Shown here one piece after another: positions 15,463 through 33,315 of a stretch of 64,000 bases of DNA. The stretch is from the human T2T-CHM13v2.0 reference genome, Homo sapiens. The stretch lies in assembly GCF_009914755.1 (NCBI RefSeq), contig NC_060931.1. The stretch is one strand, 5' to 3'. The stretch's first letter is position 1; every line of letters begins with the position of its first letter. Position numbers and translations under genes: made by a program. The notes below the pieces were generated by a model. That model made no database searches and had not been told where the DNA came from. It saw only the letters and a program-made list of their open reading frames with translations.

Positions 15463-16929
15463 TCAGCTCTCATTGATTTCCATGTAAATATGCACAGGTG
15501 ATGTCCATATAGACATAAATAATAATATTTCTGACAATGGGTCCATATGATCTTCAAAATGTAAAATGCCCATCTGTGTAATTGACTGGTTAGTCTCATT
15601 AATGAATATAGATTTAATTCTACTTTCTTGTTCTAGATAAATTATATAATCTAGCTTTTCATTTCACTTATTTACTGATAACAACCGGAAGAATGACAAG
15701 ATATCTATTTTGCAAAATTACTCTGGTAGGAGTAAAGATGAAACAATGAAAGAATTGCACGGAAAACTAGAAAAAAGTATGGTCTTCTGATATTCTATCA
15801 CATCACATACTAAAGGCCTCATAAAACTCAGATATTTTGTCTAAAAATTTTATTTTCATCATAGGAATGATCGCAGCATGAGACCACAATTGTATTAAAA
15901 TGTGCTTGTATCACAAGCACAGGTGCTAAAAAGGAGAGGAAAACATCCTTACTGATATTTTCAACGTATGTTTTACTTTTCGTCAACATGAACCCCAACT
16001 TGATATGATGCAGACTGAAGGAAATCACCCGTAATTCCATATGAAGAAGGTCTGTGATATTTTATGGGAAAATAAATAGACAAAATGCCAACAGAAACCC
16101 TATCAAGCATGAAGCTTTATGGAGCAAACACAAATCCAGTGGTGAAAGATACACACTCGAGTTCTGTTTGCTGTCTTAGAACAATACGGTTTAGAGGTGA
16201 CTGGTGGATGAGGAGAACATATGCGAGTTCACCAAAGAGAAAAGCTGAATGAGGCAATGCCTCTTCCTGACCATATCTCTTACTCAGATAATGATATAAT
16301 TTATTGTCCAGTAAAGGGTATATTAAAAAATCATATTAAAAGTCATGCAGCGAAGTTGTCCAGGGAAATCAAGACTTAACAGTCTCACTCTGACAATAAT
16401 GAACAGGGGGATACCCTCAAGATAGACTAGGACATGACCCCACACTGGCAGGTAGTAGTACCAGAAAAGAACACATGGAAAATCTTTACCTTATGCTTGA
16501 GGTAGGGACCAGGCTAAAGCGAAAGCCAGACCTAAAATTCTATCTAAAATAAATCCACAATCAAAGAAAATGTGTGGTGTTCAGGCATAGAATGTCTTTA
16601 CTGGATCATTGAAATAGTAAGATAAATTCAACTTTTTACATTGTTTTCTTTTCATACAGTTAGGGCTTGAGGTTTGTCTCCGGAGAGTGACTGTCAATTG
16701 GAGCCCTGCCTTTCTGGGGTTCTGGTCAGGGGGTTGTGGATGCTTAACATGTGCCTTTCACAGGACACTTCCTTACCCCAGCAGTGGCCAGGTGTGCATC
16801 CCACGACCAGGCCTCCCTCTCACAGAACATCTGTTGAGACTAGGAGATGCCTGGTGACTGTTGCCTGACCTGTGTCCTGTGTATTTCTGACAAGAGCCAC
16901 TCTCAGAGACCCTGGCCAGGAGGAGAGTT

Positions 16930-17815
16930 AGGTTCCAGTGTAGGTCAGGTCAGACCCATGGAGGCCACAGAACCAAACATGGGAAATCACAGAAGTAGGT
17001 TTATTACTCACAGATCCAGAGAGAAGAGGGTAGCTGAGAAGAGGGTTTAGCTGTGTCCCCAGCCAAATCTCATCTTGAATTCCCACATGTTGTGGGAGGG
17101 AACAGGTGGGAGGTAATTGAATCATGGGGGCAGGTCTTTCCCATGCTGTTCTTCTGATAGTGAATAAGTCTCACAAGATCTGATGGTTTTATAAAGGGGG
17201 GTTTCCTGCACAAGCTCTCTTGTCTTGTCTGCTGCCATGTGAGACGTGCCTTTCAGCTTGCACCATGATTGTGAGGCCTACCCAGCCATGTGGAACTGTG
17301 CATCTACTAAACCTCTTTCTTCTGGAAATTACCAAGTCTTGGGCATGTCTTTACCGGTGGTGTGAAAATGGACTAATACAGTAGCACACCTCATAGGGCT
17401 GAACAAAATGGTGAAGATGAGTGGGGAGCAGGAGAGAGAAAAGAGGTCTGTGGGACTCCAGCCTTTATTGGGCCCAGAACATTATCCAAATAAGTTTTCC
17501 ACGGGGCACTAGTCGGTGGGGTGAGTGCCAGCAGGCACATTTCTTGACTCCCGCTGCAATCGAGCAGGTCACTCTGGCATGTGGGGCTGTCCATGTCCTC
17601 TGTGAGGTTTGTGGGGTGATTCAGGTAGGTTGTATCAAACGGTTACATAGCTGGTAGTCACCAGGAGGAGGCAACTGTGTAGGGTCAATATCTGGGCCAA
17701 CCACACTGAGGAACTGTGAGGGTTAGATCTGGAAATTGTCAAGGGAATCTGAACCCAGCTACCATATGAGAGAGTTCAACTTATGTTCAATGTGAATGCC
17801 ATGGCAATATTAAAA
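16930..17815 (-). mobile_element. MER74/MER73-like ERVL LTR, split by THE1B
   Basis: gcctttattggg...ttatccaaa...gtcaccaggagg...cacactgaggaactg...ctggaaattgtcaaggg...gttcaacttatgttcaa resembles the recalled reverse-complemented consensus. Sequence resumes after the THE1B TSD. Confidence 0.6.
17035..17380 (+). mobile_element. THE1B solo LTR with 5-bp TSD
   Basis: gctgtgtccccagccaaatctcatcttgaattcccacatgttgtgggaggga...aaaatggactaataca. TSD gtagc at 17030-17034 and 17381-17385. Confidence 0.92.
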
Positions 17816-18699
17816 GGTAAGAGTTCACTCCATACATGCTTGAGGTAAATAGGAGAAACCTAGAATTTATGTATACAGTGAGAAGATTGGATGCATTTCT
17901 TGTCACATATTTTAATACTAGCAGCTTATTGTATATGTCAATCCATCCGGCATTCAGAAATACATGCTTATGAAATTTTTTTGCACCATCAGACAAAAGA
18001 CAAGGGTAGAAGACATTTGTAACCCTATAAACATTAGTAAATTAAAAACAGAAGGACCTTTATGTCCTAACATATCTGTGTTGTGAAAGGCTGCCCTGTG
18101 AAATACGGGATTTCTTAAACATATTTTAAAAATCATAGGTGTCAATATTTTTTAGAAATCCATTTAAATTTTCTCTTGTTATTTTACAATGCCTATTTAT
18201 TTATTTACTGGCTCTGCTGATTTTGATGTATATCCTAAATTTTATATTTTCTTTAAAGGATGTTTTATACAACTTTATGAAAAATATTTCAGTATCTTCA
18301 CATTCTCTCCCTGTCCTTTTGTTTTGCTCTTATATGGTGGTCTGGAGTCTTTTCTCTGGCTTTTCAAACCTAGTAAGACTAAGACACTAAAGTAATTTTG
18401 CCGGTGGTTTGGTAATGCCTTCTAAAGCACATCCTAAGTTCTCGTGCATACAGGGGTCTCTTTTGAGCTCTGTGCTTTTGAGATCCCATGTACCTAAATT
18501 CCAGTACTCCAAATCAGTACTGCTCAGTTTCAGTGACTAAGTTTATAAATGTATTTTAATAGCAAGTTAGGTTAGTGCACTCTTGCTTCTGTCTTGACTG
18601 CTTATATAAATGTATATTCCTTTAAATGAATCTTGGAATTTGTTTAAAAATTTTAAATTATACTAATGAAACTGTATATTGTTGTGAATTCATAAGTGA

Positions 18700-19690
18700 A
18701 TTTGGAAAGGATTTGTCTTTATGATACTAAATCTTTTTTATCCAAGAATCATATGTGTCTTTATATTTATTCCAGTCTATATTTATATCACTGAGTAAAT
18801 ATATAGAAATGTAGATACATACAGCTGTAGTTATAGATACAAATATAGATGTAACATGTTAAATCTATATCTATCCCATATAACATATATACATGTTATA
18901 TGTGTGTGTGTATATATATATATGATTATGTTATTAAAGAGCTCCCTTAAAATTTTTCTTTTATTTCCCATATAATTTTAGGTCGAGTTTGAATTTTCCT
19001 TGTATAAACAAGCAAATATTTATACTAGTTTTAATACAGATGTTTAGACATTGTATCTTATTTTAGCATTGAATATTTTCACAATTATTATAAATATTAT
19101 CTAATAATAATGTACCAGTTAAAAATATTTAAAATTTTACCTTTGAATTATTTCACTGTTGAATTAAAATTCCTTTAATGTGATAGTAAATTTCTATGTT
19201 ATGCTTTCTCTATGCATATGCAAATTAATCTATCCACTTCTCTATCTCTTTGTAGTGACATGAAAATCAGGCCTCTCTTCTTCTAATGGACATACACGTT
19301 TCCATATAGAATATCAGACTCTTTATAGCATTTAAAATCTTTAAAGACATAAATATAGCCTTTTGACAAATATACTTTAGCATGTACTGAGAATCCCCTA
19401 TTTATTTTTAATTTGGACTAATCAGTATGAATATTAATATTATTGGATTACCAAATTTTGAAACACACTTTCATCCCCAAGGTGGATATTTGTTTTATTT
19501 TTTTTGGCAATTTCTTGTCTTACTGTTTGAAATATTGTTGGATATTATTTATATTTTATTTAGCATTTTAGTATCAACATTTGTAATTCAGGTACTCTAC
19601 ATATTTTTTCTTCAATATCTGGAGGGTTTTATAATTACTGCTATATTGGATTTGTAGTAGACATTGACAAAAATTATTCCTGTATGTTTT
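18700..19690 (-). mobile_element. Highly decayed L1M remnant
   Basis: T-rich sequence. 19520-19690 resembles antisense L1 ORF2 (tgttggat...tattttatttagcatttt...atc). Boundaries are uncertain. Confidence 0.4.
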
Positions 19691-19695
19691 ATAGC

Positions 19696-20245
19696 TGTAA
19701 GAGGGAAACTAATATATTTTACCCCTAAATATATTTCCTTGATATATTTCAAAATGGCTATTGAGAAGGGCTGGAAATTCAAACTTAGCTTTAAAGCTGT
19801 CTTGGGGAGATTTTTATCGGTATAGAATCTGCCTTGATGCAGCCAGGCTTTATCTGAGGTCTGCCCTCTTCTCTAGATCTAAGAAAGTTTAACTGAGAGT
19901 CTGAGGTCTCCAAAGGTCTGAAAGAAACATTTTCTGTCTATTCTCTCTGAGGACTGCTCCGAGTGAGGTTCCACCTATGTAATAAGTCCATTGTTGCTAG
20001 CCAGGTTCGTTTCCTCACATAACGTTTCTTTTTTTTCCCTGTGATCTAAGACCCCATTCTTTTTGTAAACTTCATGTGGTAGATAAGCTTCTGCACGCAT
20101 CGTGTGTCTGGGTCATCGTTCTAAGGGCTCCACTGTACACACATTGCAGAAACCTGTATGACTTTTCTACTATTTTTCTGCCTCCTATTAGTGATTTTCA
20201 GGGAAGCTTCAGAAGGCAAAAGGGACATTCTCCTTTAGCCCATTC
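19696..20245 (+). mobile_element. MER34/MER39/LTR48-group ERV1 LTR
   Basis: acccctaaatatatttccttgatatatttc...aactgagagtctga...ctgaaagaaacattt...gattttcagggaagcttcagaaggcaaaaggga. Confidence 0.65.
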
Positions 20246-20449
20246 TCAGACAAAATCCCCCAACATGTAACTGATTCCTAATAGCTTAAAATCACTTTGA
20301 AAAATCCATATATTTATAACCTTTTCTTCCCTCTATGATTTCTGGTCAGCTTGGATTTTGTTTTTCATTCCATTTACTTCATCCTCGAAAAGATCTATTT
20401 TACGTCTATTTATTCTCATTTATGGACATTGAGAAAAGAAAATAACTTT

Positions 20450-20882
20450 CATGAGAGAAATGCAAGTCCTTTTAAATAATCAGGTCCAGAGAGATATTCA
20501 AATGAGACAGCAGTTCTGTCCTGCTCGTCTTTGAGCTGTGTGTTCATCTAGGCTGCTTGCTGTTGCCACAGTATCTATAAATTAACCAATAACGCCACAC
20601 CAGACACTATAACCCACACCCAATAATAGTGTAACAGTGTATAGCCAGTCACTAATAAATGTTATTTCCATAAGCCAATGAGAATTTGTGACAAACCTCT
20701 TTGCATCATCCCACTTCTGGAACCTTTTTTGCCTTCAAGAAACTGCTTGTTGCAAAGCTCCAAAGGGAGTTTATATCCAAGGATACTTGGGTCTGTTTCT
20801 TCCAGGCAGCTGTCCTCATTGTGGCTCAAGTAAACTCTTTGAATTTCGTTTTGTGCTTCAGCCCCTTCCACTTAGATTAACA
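20450..20882 (+). mobile_element. MER67-like ERV1 LTR
   Basis: 3' end cagctgtcctca...ggctcaagtaaactcttt...ttttgtgcttcagccccttccacttagattaaca. Confidence 0.6.
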
Positions 20883-20997
20883 ACATGGATTTGTGTCACC
20901 ATGTACAGCAATTAAAATGTTTACACTTTTCCCCTCGAGGGCACTGATGTGTTTTCCTGAGCACTTGGAATAGCTACGTAGTGTTTCCTGTCTAGAT

Positions 20998-21190
20998 TAT
21001 GGTTTCTGAACCTTGGTGCTACTTACCTTTAGGACCAGAGGATTCTTTGTTGTGGGAGGCTGCCCTAGCAGTGCTAGGTGTTTCGTTTGACCTCTAAATT
21101 TCACACCTCCACCAGTCTTGACATCCCCACAATAACCCTAGACATTGACAAATGTCTCCTGGGGAAAACTCTCCACCAGTTGACAAGCAA
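20998..21190. mobile_element. MER20 (hAT-Charlie) non-autonomous DNA transposon
   Basis: ggtttctgaaccttgg...attctttgttgtgggaggctgccct...tagacattgacaaatgtctcctgggg...ccagttga. Confidence 0.8.
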
Positions 21191-22164
21191 AATTCTGGAA
21201 ATATTGGAGTTGTCAATTGAGATTTTATGTTATCCAAAACAAATACTTTTCCTTGTTTTTAAACATCTACTTCCATCTACTTATCTACTTATTTTTACTT
21301 TTATTTGTAACTTAATTCCATCAAGGAGGGAGAGTGCATTTTCTGTTATGCTAAATTTTTGAAGAACGTATTGATTTTTTGTGACCTGATATATAGATGA
21401 TATGTAGATATTACATGTTTGTATTATCAAATTTCAGGGCGAAAATAAAATAAATACTTATAATATTTATATTTTCACTGTATATTAGTTATTTCCTTTC
21501 TTCATTACAGGAGTTTTTCAACCTATAGGCTATTTTTCAATTCTTGGTTATCCAGTAGATTTTGAAATGTTATGATTAAATGTCTACTTCTCAAGCATTC
21601 ATCTTTGGAAATGAAACAATCCCAAGCTCTTATAATGCACATCATATAAAGGGCAGAATAGTCAATATATGGTTCAGAAATAATTATGTAAAATTTATAA
21701 GAAAATTATAAATTTAGATCCTTATCTCAGATAACAATAGTCCAAATTAAAATTTGATTTTGTTACATAATTTAAAATGACACCAGAATACTAGTAAAAT
21801 GTAGATAAGTTTATATAATCTTTTTAGCTGAAGGACTTTATTAGCATAAATTCAAATACAGGAACCAAAGTAAGATTGAGACCTATAGTCAAAGCTTAAA
21901 ATGTACACATTATAGGGACACGATTAAACTAATTTAAAGCATGATAACATGGAGAAATATTGCAAAACATACATTTTTCTGAATTAATTGTTAATATCTA
22001 ATCATTATGTGAGAACAAAATGAAAGAGTAGCTACACACGCACACACTCACACACAAGTGCAATATTGTCAAATAAACGATGTTCAGCTACACTAGAAAT
22101 CACACCTGTGTTTTCTCGACAGAAAAGATTAAAAATCACAATAATATTTACTGTACATAGGGAG

Positions 22165-23092
<928 letters not shown>

Positions 23093-24473
23093 AAAGAAAA
23101 GACAAATATATAGGTGACATATAATATTTAGAGTGTAAGACGCTTTTTAAAGGTATATTTGCAATTTGTGTCAAAACATTTAAATATGTTATTTAAACTA
23201 TTTTATTTTAACTACATAATTTCAAATAATTTAAGCCAAATACATAGTATATGCAGAAAATTTTGCAATATATCTATGTAGCACCTTACTGTGCATTACT
23301 GTGACCAGCCGTCTAATATAAAGAATTAATTAAGGTAGCAGCTACTTTTCATATAGCTCATTTTTTTCACAAACCTTTTAAATAAGACAAATAACATTCA
23401 AACTTTGTTTTTAAATTTGCAGAATAGTAGTTTTCAGCAGGTGGTTTATTTTAGCAAATTCCATCTTCACATTGTGCTATGCTTTTATGAGTTCCAGCTG
23501 TTAACGGATAATATTTTACTGCTGAAACTATCATGTGTGATATAATTGCTCATTATGTGCCTTAAAACACAAGCAATATAGTTATTTTCAACTTGGAGCA
23601 AATTAAAATCTTATCAGCAATTTAAAAACGCTAGAGTCGTCTTCTTCTTGTTAATTATTTTAAACTTGTATTTTTCTCTTTAAGTTTTTAGTGAGTTGTC
23701 TTATCAAGGAGAAGAACTCAAGCTGATTATTCTTTTTTTTCTCTTCCATCCACCTCGCAGGTGTGTTAGTAATTTCATTTCTCAGAGAAAGTTCTGTCAT
23801 ATCCATCTTACAAGATGAGAGACCTTTTAACATCTTCCATTCAGATGTGATACCAGTAATGGAAAATATTCCAGCTTCATGAATATGCTGATACAAATAG
23901 TTATCTGTCTAACCTCTTTCAGTGCCAAATGTTTACTTTACTCAGTGAATTACTCAGTTGACTGGTAATTTCTCCTGAAATCACTAATGAGAGGATCAGA
24001 GGTCTAGCTGTTGTCTGTACCTCATATGACTCCCAGTGCAGACAATTGTTTCTATGGAGCACAGACAGTTGAAAGGATTGACTTCCTGCCTAGAATAGTT
24101 TCCGCTGTGCTTCTTATCCTTCCTGTGGAGATTTCAGAATATCTGAATTGCTTTTCTCTCTTGAGAAATAACGCAACAATTCTCCCACCTGAGAGGAATG
24201 TAAACTGTAGTAAGTTAGCAGAACCAATCCGTAAAGTTTTTACATTGTTTGTTGCAAAATGCAGCGCTGGTGTCTCCATCACTAACCTTTTCTATCCCTC
24301 ATTGCCCTTTCTTTGACTGCAATAGGATACCTCTAGGCAAATCTGTATTCCCGAGACAGAGTGCCCTTTTGGTGAGCTATAAGCACACTCAATGGTAGGC
24401 TGAAATACTAGCTTTTATCTATGGCGAAATGGAATCATATCAGTGATTTTTTTTAAAAAGGAAATTTAACTCT

Positions 24474-24660
24474 TGCTACAGTTTGAATGCTTGCCCCTTC
24501 CAATCTCATGTTAAAATTTGATCCCCAATGTTGCAGGTGGGGCTTACTTGGTGGTGTTTGTACATGGGGTTGGAACTTCATGAATGGATAATACCCTCCC
24601 TAAGAAATCTAAAGCTATCCTCCCTCCTCGGTGCCCTCAGGAATGAGTGTACCATACTTT
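24474..24660 (+). mobile_element. MST-type MaLR LTR 5' fragment
   Basis: tgctacagtttgaatg...ctcatgttaaaatttgatccccaatgttgcaggtggggc...catgaatggat. Confidence 0.7.
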
Positions 24661-25487
24661 ATTCAACTATAATTCCACCACCCATCCTTTTTGAGATATT
24701 GATTACATGTATGTTACACTGCTGCATATTGTCTGATGTATCAGTGAGTTTCTGGCCTTCTTATTTTAGTTTACCCTTTGTCCTTTAGTTTGTAAAGCTT
24801 CAATTTTTTTCTATAAATTTTCTGATGTTAGGATAAAACCCATTACTTGTTCTATCTCATGGAATTTTTATTTCAAATATTTATTTTTCATCTATACATG
24901 TCACATTTTTCATTTTATAACTTCTCTTTTTCTCCTATGTTCAATTTTCATTTAAGTACCTTGACATATATATGTATTTATCTATATGTATTTATAAAAT
25001 ATATTTAATTTAAGGACCTTGAAATTTTCCTCTTTTCTGTCATTTATAAATGACTTATTTTTATCCTGTTAATATATATCTTAATTATATATATCTTACG
25101 GCTTCTTTGCATGTCAGAGGTTTTTTTGGGTATGTTGATGTTACGCTATTGAATATCTACATTTCATTGGCTACCTTTGAACAATGTTTTGGCAGGGAAT
25201 TCAGTAACTTCAGGATGAGTATTTGTCTGTTGTTGTTTTAAATCTTCTCTTTAAACTTTGTTGAGTTAGTCTAGAGCCATCTGTAATTTGGAGCTAAATG
25301 AGCACTGTCACTAGGGCATGAACCTCCAGTGGTCTTTACTGAATATCCTGGAGGTACAGAGGGGATTCCCTTCTCTGATTAGAATTTGGAATATAAAGAG
25401 AAAAGAGAAAAATAGAAAGCTATGCATAAACAGGTGCATTAAAATGAATTTTATGTGGGCTTTTTCATGAAAATGTTCCTAAGGTAT

Positions 25488-25718
25488 TTTATTTTTTTAT
25501 TGTGGTAAAATACACATAACATAAAATGTATTCTGTTAACCATTTTAAGTGTACAGTTCAGTGGTACTAAATATAGTCATAACATTGTGCAGCCGTCCCT
25601 ACCATCCATCTCTACAATTCGTTTCATCTTGTAAAACTGAAACTCTATACCCATTAAACAATACTTCCCCATTTCTTCCTCCCCCCAGCTTCTGACACCC
25701 ATCATTGTACCATCTCTA
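25488..25718 (-). mobile_element. L1MB-type 3' end
   Basis: ttattgtggtaaaatacacataacataaaat...ttttaagtgtacagttcagtgg...aaaactgaaactctatacccattaaaca. Confidence 0.85.
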
Positions 25719-26432
25719 TAATGCTAATCAAGCATAGTGGCTGTGTTTCTTGCTTCCTCTAGTCCGCAGGTAGCATACAAATGTAATAAACTACTTATTC
25801 ATGTCACATCTATTTATTTTCTGCCGTATACCAAGCTTGTGGGATTCTCTTAAATACAACATTTTTCTACTTACACCTATGCAATACCCATTAGCATCGC
25901 CTTCCTAGATAGAGCAGTTTTGAAACACTCTTTTTGAAGAATCTGCAAATGGATATTTTGTTCACTTTGAGGCCTATGTTGGAAAACGAAATATATTCAC
26001 ATAGAAACAAGATCGAAGTATTCTCAGAAACTTCTTTGTGATGTGTGCATTCAACTCTCAGAGTTGAACTTTTCTTTTGATAGAGCAGTTTTGAAACACT
26101 CTTTTTGTAGAATCTGCAAGTTGATATTTGGAAGGTTTGAAGCCTATGCTGGAAAAGGCAATATCTTCGCATAAAAACTAGACAGAAACATACTCAGAAA
26201 CTTCTTTGTGATGTCTGCTTTCAACTCACAGTGTTTAACCTTTCTTTTGATAGAGCAGTTTTGAAACACTCTTTTTGTAAAATCTGCAAGTGGATATGTG
26301 TAGCGCTTTGAGGCCTATGGTGGAAACGGATATATCTACACATAAAAGATAGACAGAAACATTCTCCAAAACTTCTTTGTGATTTTTGCATTCAACTGAC
26401 AGAGTTGAACATTTCTTTTGATAGAGCAGTTT

Positions 26433-28490
<2,058 letters not shown>

Positions 28491-31400
28491 TAGAGGAGTT
28501 GTCAAACACTCGTTTTGTAGAATCTGCAAGTGGATATTTGGTTCCCTTTGAGGCCTATGTTGGAAAAGAAAATATCTTCACATCAAAAATAGACAGAAGC
28601 ATTCTCAGAAACTTCTTTGTGATGTGTGCATTCATCTCAAGGAGTTGAAACTTTCTCTTGATAGAGCAGTTTTGAAACACTCATTTTGTAGAACATGGAA
28701 ATGGATATTTGGAGCACTTTGAGTCCTATAGGAAATAACTTCATATAAAAACAAGACAGAAACATTCTCAGAAACTTCCTTGTAATTGGTACATTCAACT
28801 CACAGATTTGAACATTTCTTTTGACACAGCAGTTGTGAAACACCATTTTGGTAGAATCTGCAAGGGGATAGTTTGTTCCCTTTGAGGTCTATGTTGGAAA
28901 AAGAAATATCTTCACATAAAAAAAGACAGAAGCATTCTCAGAAACTTTTTTGTGATGTGTGCATTCAACTCACAGAGTTGAACCTTTCTTTTGATAGAGC
29001 AGTTTTGAAACACTCTCTTTGTCCAATCTGCAAGTTGATATTTGGAGCGCTTTGAGGCCTATGGTGGAAAAGGAAATATCTTCACATAAAAACTAGAGAG
29101 AAGCATTCTCAGAAACTCTTTTGTGATGTGCACATTCAACTCACAAAAATGGATCTTTCCTTTGATACAGCTGTTTTGAAACACTCTTTTTGTATAATCT
29201 GCAAATGGGCATTTTGAGCCCTTTGAGGCCTATGATGGAAAAGGAATTATCTTCACATAATAACTAGACAGAAGCATTCTCAGAAACTTGATTGTAATGT
29301 GTGCATTCAACTCACAGAGTTGAACCTTTCTTTTGATAGAGCAGTTTGAAACGCTCTTTTTGGAGAATCTGCAGGTGGATATTTTGTTCCCTGTGAGGTC
29401 TATGTTGGAAAACGAAATATCTTCACATAAAGACTAGACAGAAGCATTCTCAGAAACTTCTTTGTGATGTGTGCATTCAACTCAGAGAGTTGAACATTTC
29501 TTTTGATACAGCTCTTTTCAAACACTCCTTTGTAGAATCTGCAAGTGGATATTTTGTTCCCTTTGAAACCTATGTTGGAAAAGGAAATACGTTCACATAA
29601 AAACTACACAGAAGGTTTCTCAGAAACTTCTTTTTGTTGTGTGCATTCAGCTCACAGAGTTGAACATTTCTTTTGATACAGCAGTTTTGAAACATTCTTT
29701 TTTTAGAATCTGCAGGTGGATATATGGAGCACTTTGAGGCCTATGGTAGACAAGGAAATACCTTCATACAAAAAATAGACAGAAGCATTCTCAGGAACTA
29801 CTTAGTGATGTGTGCATTCAACTCACAGAGTTGAACCTTTCTTTGATAGAGCAGTTCTGAAACACTCTTTTTATAGAATCTGCAAGTGGATATATGGAGC
29901 GCTTTGAGGCCTTCAGTGGAAACGGGAATATCTTCACATAAATACTAGACAGAAAACATTCTTAGCAATTTCTTTTTGATGTGCACACTCAACAAACAGA
30001 GTTGAACCTTTCTTTTGATAGAGCAGTTTTGAAACACTCTTTTTGTAGAATATGCAAGAGGATATTTGGAGGGTTTTGAGGCCTCCTGTGGAAACGGGAA
30101 TATCTTCACCTAAAAACTAGACAGAAGCATTCTCAAAAACTTCTTTGTGTTGTGTGCATTCAACACACAGAGTTGAACCTTCTATTCGATAGAGCAGTTT
30201 TGAAAAGCTCTTTTTGTAGAATCTGCAAGTGGCCATTTGGAGAGCTTTGAGGCCTATGGTGGAAAAGGAAATATCTTCACATAAAAACCAGACAGAAACA
30301 TTCTCAGAAACTTCTTTGTGATGTGTGCATTCAACTCACACATTTGAACACGCCTTTTCATAGAGCTGTTTTGAAACACTCTTTTTGTAATATCTGCAAC
30401 TGGATATTTGGGCCGGTTTGAGGCTTTCATTGGAAATGGCAATATCTTCACATAAAATTAGACAGAACCAGTCTCAGAAACTTCTTTGTGATGGGAACAT
30501 TAAACACTCAGTGTTGAACATTTCGTTTCATAGAGTATCTTTGAAACACCCTTTTAATAGCATCTGCAAGTTGATATTTGGACCGCTTTTAGGCCTTCTT
30601 TGGAAATGGGAATATCACCACCTGAAAACTAGAGAGAAGCATTCGCAGTAACTTCTTTGTGATTTTTTCATTGAACACACAGAGTTGAAGCTTCCTTTTG
30701 ATAGAACAGTTTGGAAACGGTCTTTTTGTAAAATCTTCAAGTGGATATATTGAGTGCTTTGAAGACTTCGGCGGAAAGGGGAATATCTTCACATAAAAAC
30801 TAGACAAAACCATTCTCAGAAACTTCTTTGAGATGTGTGCATTCAGCTCACAGAGTTGAAACTTCCTTTTGATAGAGCAGTTATGAAACAATCTTTTTTT
30901 AGAATCTGCAAGTGGATATATGGATCGCTTTGAGGCTTATGGAAGAAAAGGAAATATCTTCATATAAAAACTAGACAGAAGCATTCTTAGAAACTACTTA
31001 CTGATGTGGGCATTCAACTCTCAGAGCTGAACCTTTCTTTTGATAGAGCAGTTTTTAAACACTAGTTTTGTAGAATCTGCAAGTGGATACATGGAGCACT
31101 TTGAGGCCTATGGAAGAAAAGGAAATATCTTCATATAATAAGTAGACAGAAGCATTCTAAGAAACTATTTGTGATGTGTGCTTTCAACTCACAGAGTTGA
31201 ACCTTTCTTTTGATAGAGCAGTTTTGAAACACTCTTTTTGTATAATCTGCAAGTGGACATTTGGAGCACTTTGAGGCCTGTGGTGGAAAAGAAATATCTT
31301 CATATAAAAACTAGACAGAATCATTCTCAGAAACTACTTTTTGATGTGTGCATTCAACTCACAGAGTTCAACCTTTCTTTTGATAGAGCAGTTTGCAAAC

Positions 31401-33298
31401 ATTCTTTTTGAAGGATCTGCAAGTGGATATATGGAGCCCTTTGAGGCCTTCAGTGGAAACAGGATTATCTTCACATAAAAACTAGACAGAAGCATTCTCA
31501 GAAACTTCTTTGTGATGTGTGCACTTAACTCACAGAGTTGAACCGTTCTTTTGATAGAGCAGATCTGAAACACTCTTTTTGTAGAATCTGCTAGTGGATG
31601 TTTGGAGAGTATTGAGGCCTACGATGGCAAGGGGAATATCTTCACTTAAAAACTAGACAGAAGCATTCTCAGAAACTTCTTTGTGATGTGTGCCTTCAGC
31701 TCACAGAGTTGAACTTTTGTTTTGATAGAGCAGTTTTGAAACACTATTTTTGTAGAATCTGCAAGTGAATATTTGGAGGGCTTTGAGGCCTATGGTTGAA
31801 ACAGGAATATCTTCACCTAAAAACTAGACAGAAGCATTCTCAGAAACTTCTTTGTGATGTGTGCATTCAGCTCACAGAGTTGAACCTTCCTTTAGATAGA
31901 ACAGTTTTGAAACACTCTTTTTGTAGATTCTGCAAGTGGATATTGGAGGGCTTTGAGGCTTACTTTTGAAACGGGAATATCTTCACCTAAAAACTAGACA
32001 GAAGCATTCTCAGAAACTTCTTTGTGATGTGTCCATTCAACTCACATAGTTGAACCTTCCTTTTGATAGAGCAGTTGTGGAACACTCTTTTTTAGAACCT
32101 GCAAGTGGATATATGGAGCGATTTGAGGCCTATGGTAGAAAATGAAATATCTTCATATAAAAACTAGACAGAAGCATTCTCAGAAACTACTATGTGATGT
32201 CTTCATTCAACTCACAGATTTGAACCTTCCTTTGATAGAGCAGTGTTGAAACACTCTTTTTGTAGAATCTGCATGTGGATATATGAAGCACTATGTGGTC
32301 TATGGAAGAAAAGGAAATATCTTCATATAAAAACTAGACAGAAGCACTATCAGACACTAATTAACGATGTGTACATTCAACTCACAACGTTGAAACTTTC
32401 TTTTGATAGAGCAGTTTTGAAACATTCTTTTCGTAGAATCTGCAAGTGGATATACGGAGCACTTTGAGGCATTCGGTGGCAATGGGAATATCTTAACATA
32501 AAAAGTTGACAGAAACATTTTCAGAAACTTCTTTGTGATGCACGCACTCAACTCAAAGAGTTAAACCTTTCTTTTGATAGAGAAGTTTTGAAACACTCTT
32601 TTTGTACAATCTGCAAGTGGGTATGTAGAGTGCTTTGAGGACTTAGGTAGAAAAGGAAATATCTTCGTATCAAAACTAGACAGAAGCATTTGGTGATGTG
32701 TGCATTCAACTCAAGAGCTGAACCTTTCTTTTGATAGAGCAGTTTTGAAACACTCGTTTTGTATAATCTGCAAGCTGATATTTGGATAGCTTTGAGGCTT
32801 TTGTTGGAAATGGGAATATCTTCACAAAAAAACTAGACAGAAGCATTCTCAGAAACCACTTTGTGATGTGTGCATTCAACTCACAGTGTTGAACCTTTCT
32901 TTTGATAGAGCAGCTTGGAAACACTCTTTTTGTAGAATCTGCAAGTGGCCATTTGGAGGACTTTGAGGCCTATGGTGGAAAGGGAAATATATTCACATGA
33001 AAACTAGACAGAAGCATTCTCAGAAACTTCTTTGTGATGTGTGCATTCAACTCACACATTTGAACTCACCTTTTCATAGAGCGGTTTTGAAACACTCTTT
33101 TTGTAGTATCTGCAAGTGGATATATAGAGAGCTTTGAGGCCTTTGGTAGAAAAGGATATATCTTCATATAAAAACTAGACAGAAGCAGTTGGCCATGTGT
33201 GCATTCAACTCACAGAGTTGAACCTTTCTTTTGATAGAGCAGTTTTGAAACACTCGTTTTGTATAATCTGCAAGTTGATATTTGGGACATTTTGTGGC

Positions 33299-33315
33299 CT
33301 TCGTTGGAAACGGGA
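33299..33315 (+). promoter_or_regulatory. Canonical CENP-B box
   Basis: Exact CTTCGTTGGAAACGGGA. Confidence 0.92.

Noticed and set aside
23660-24316. Short ORFs in non-repeat spacer (78-101 aa)
   Set aside because: No recognisable domain, and the lengths are expected by chance. A database search would be needed to exclude a pseudogene exon.
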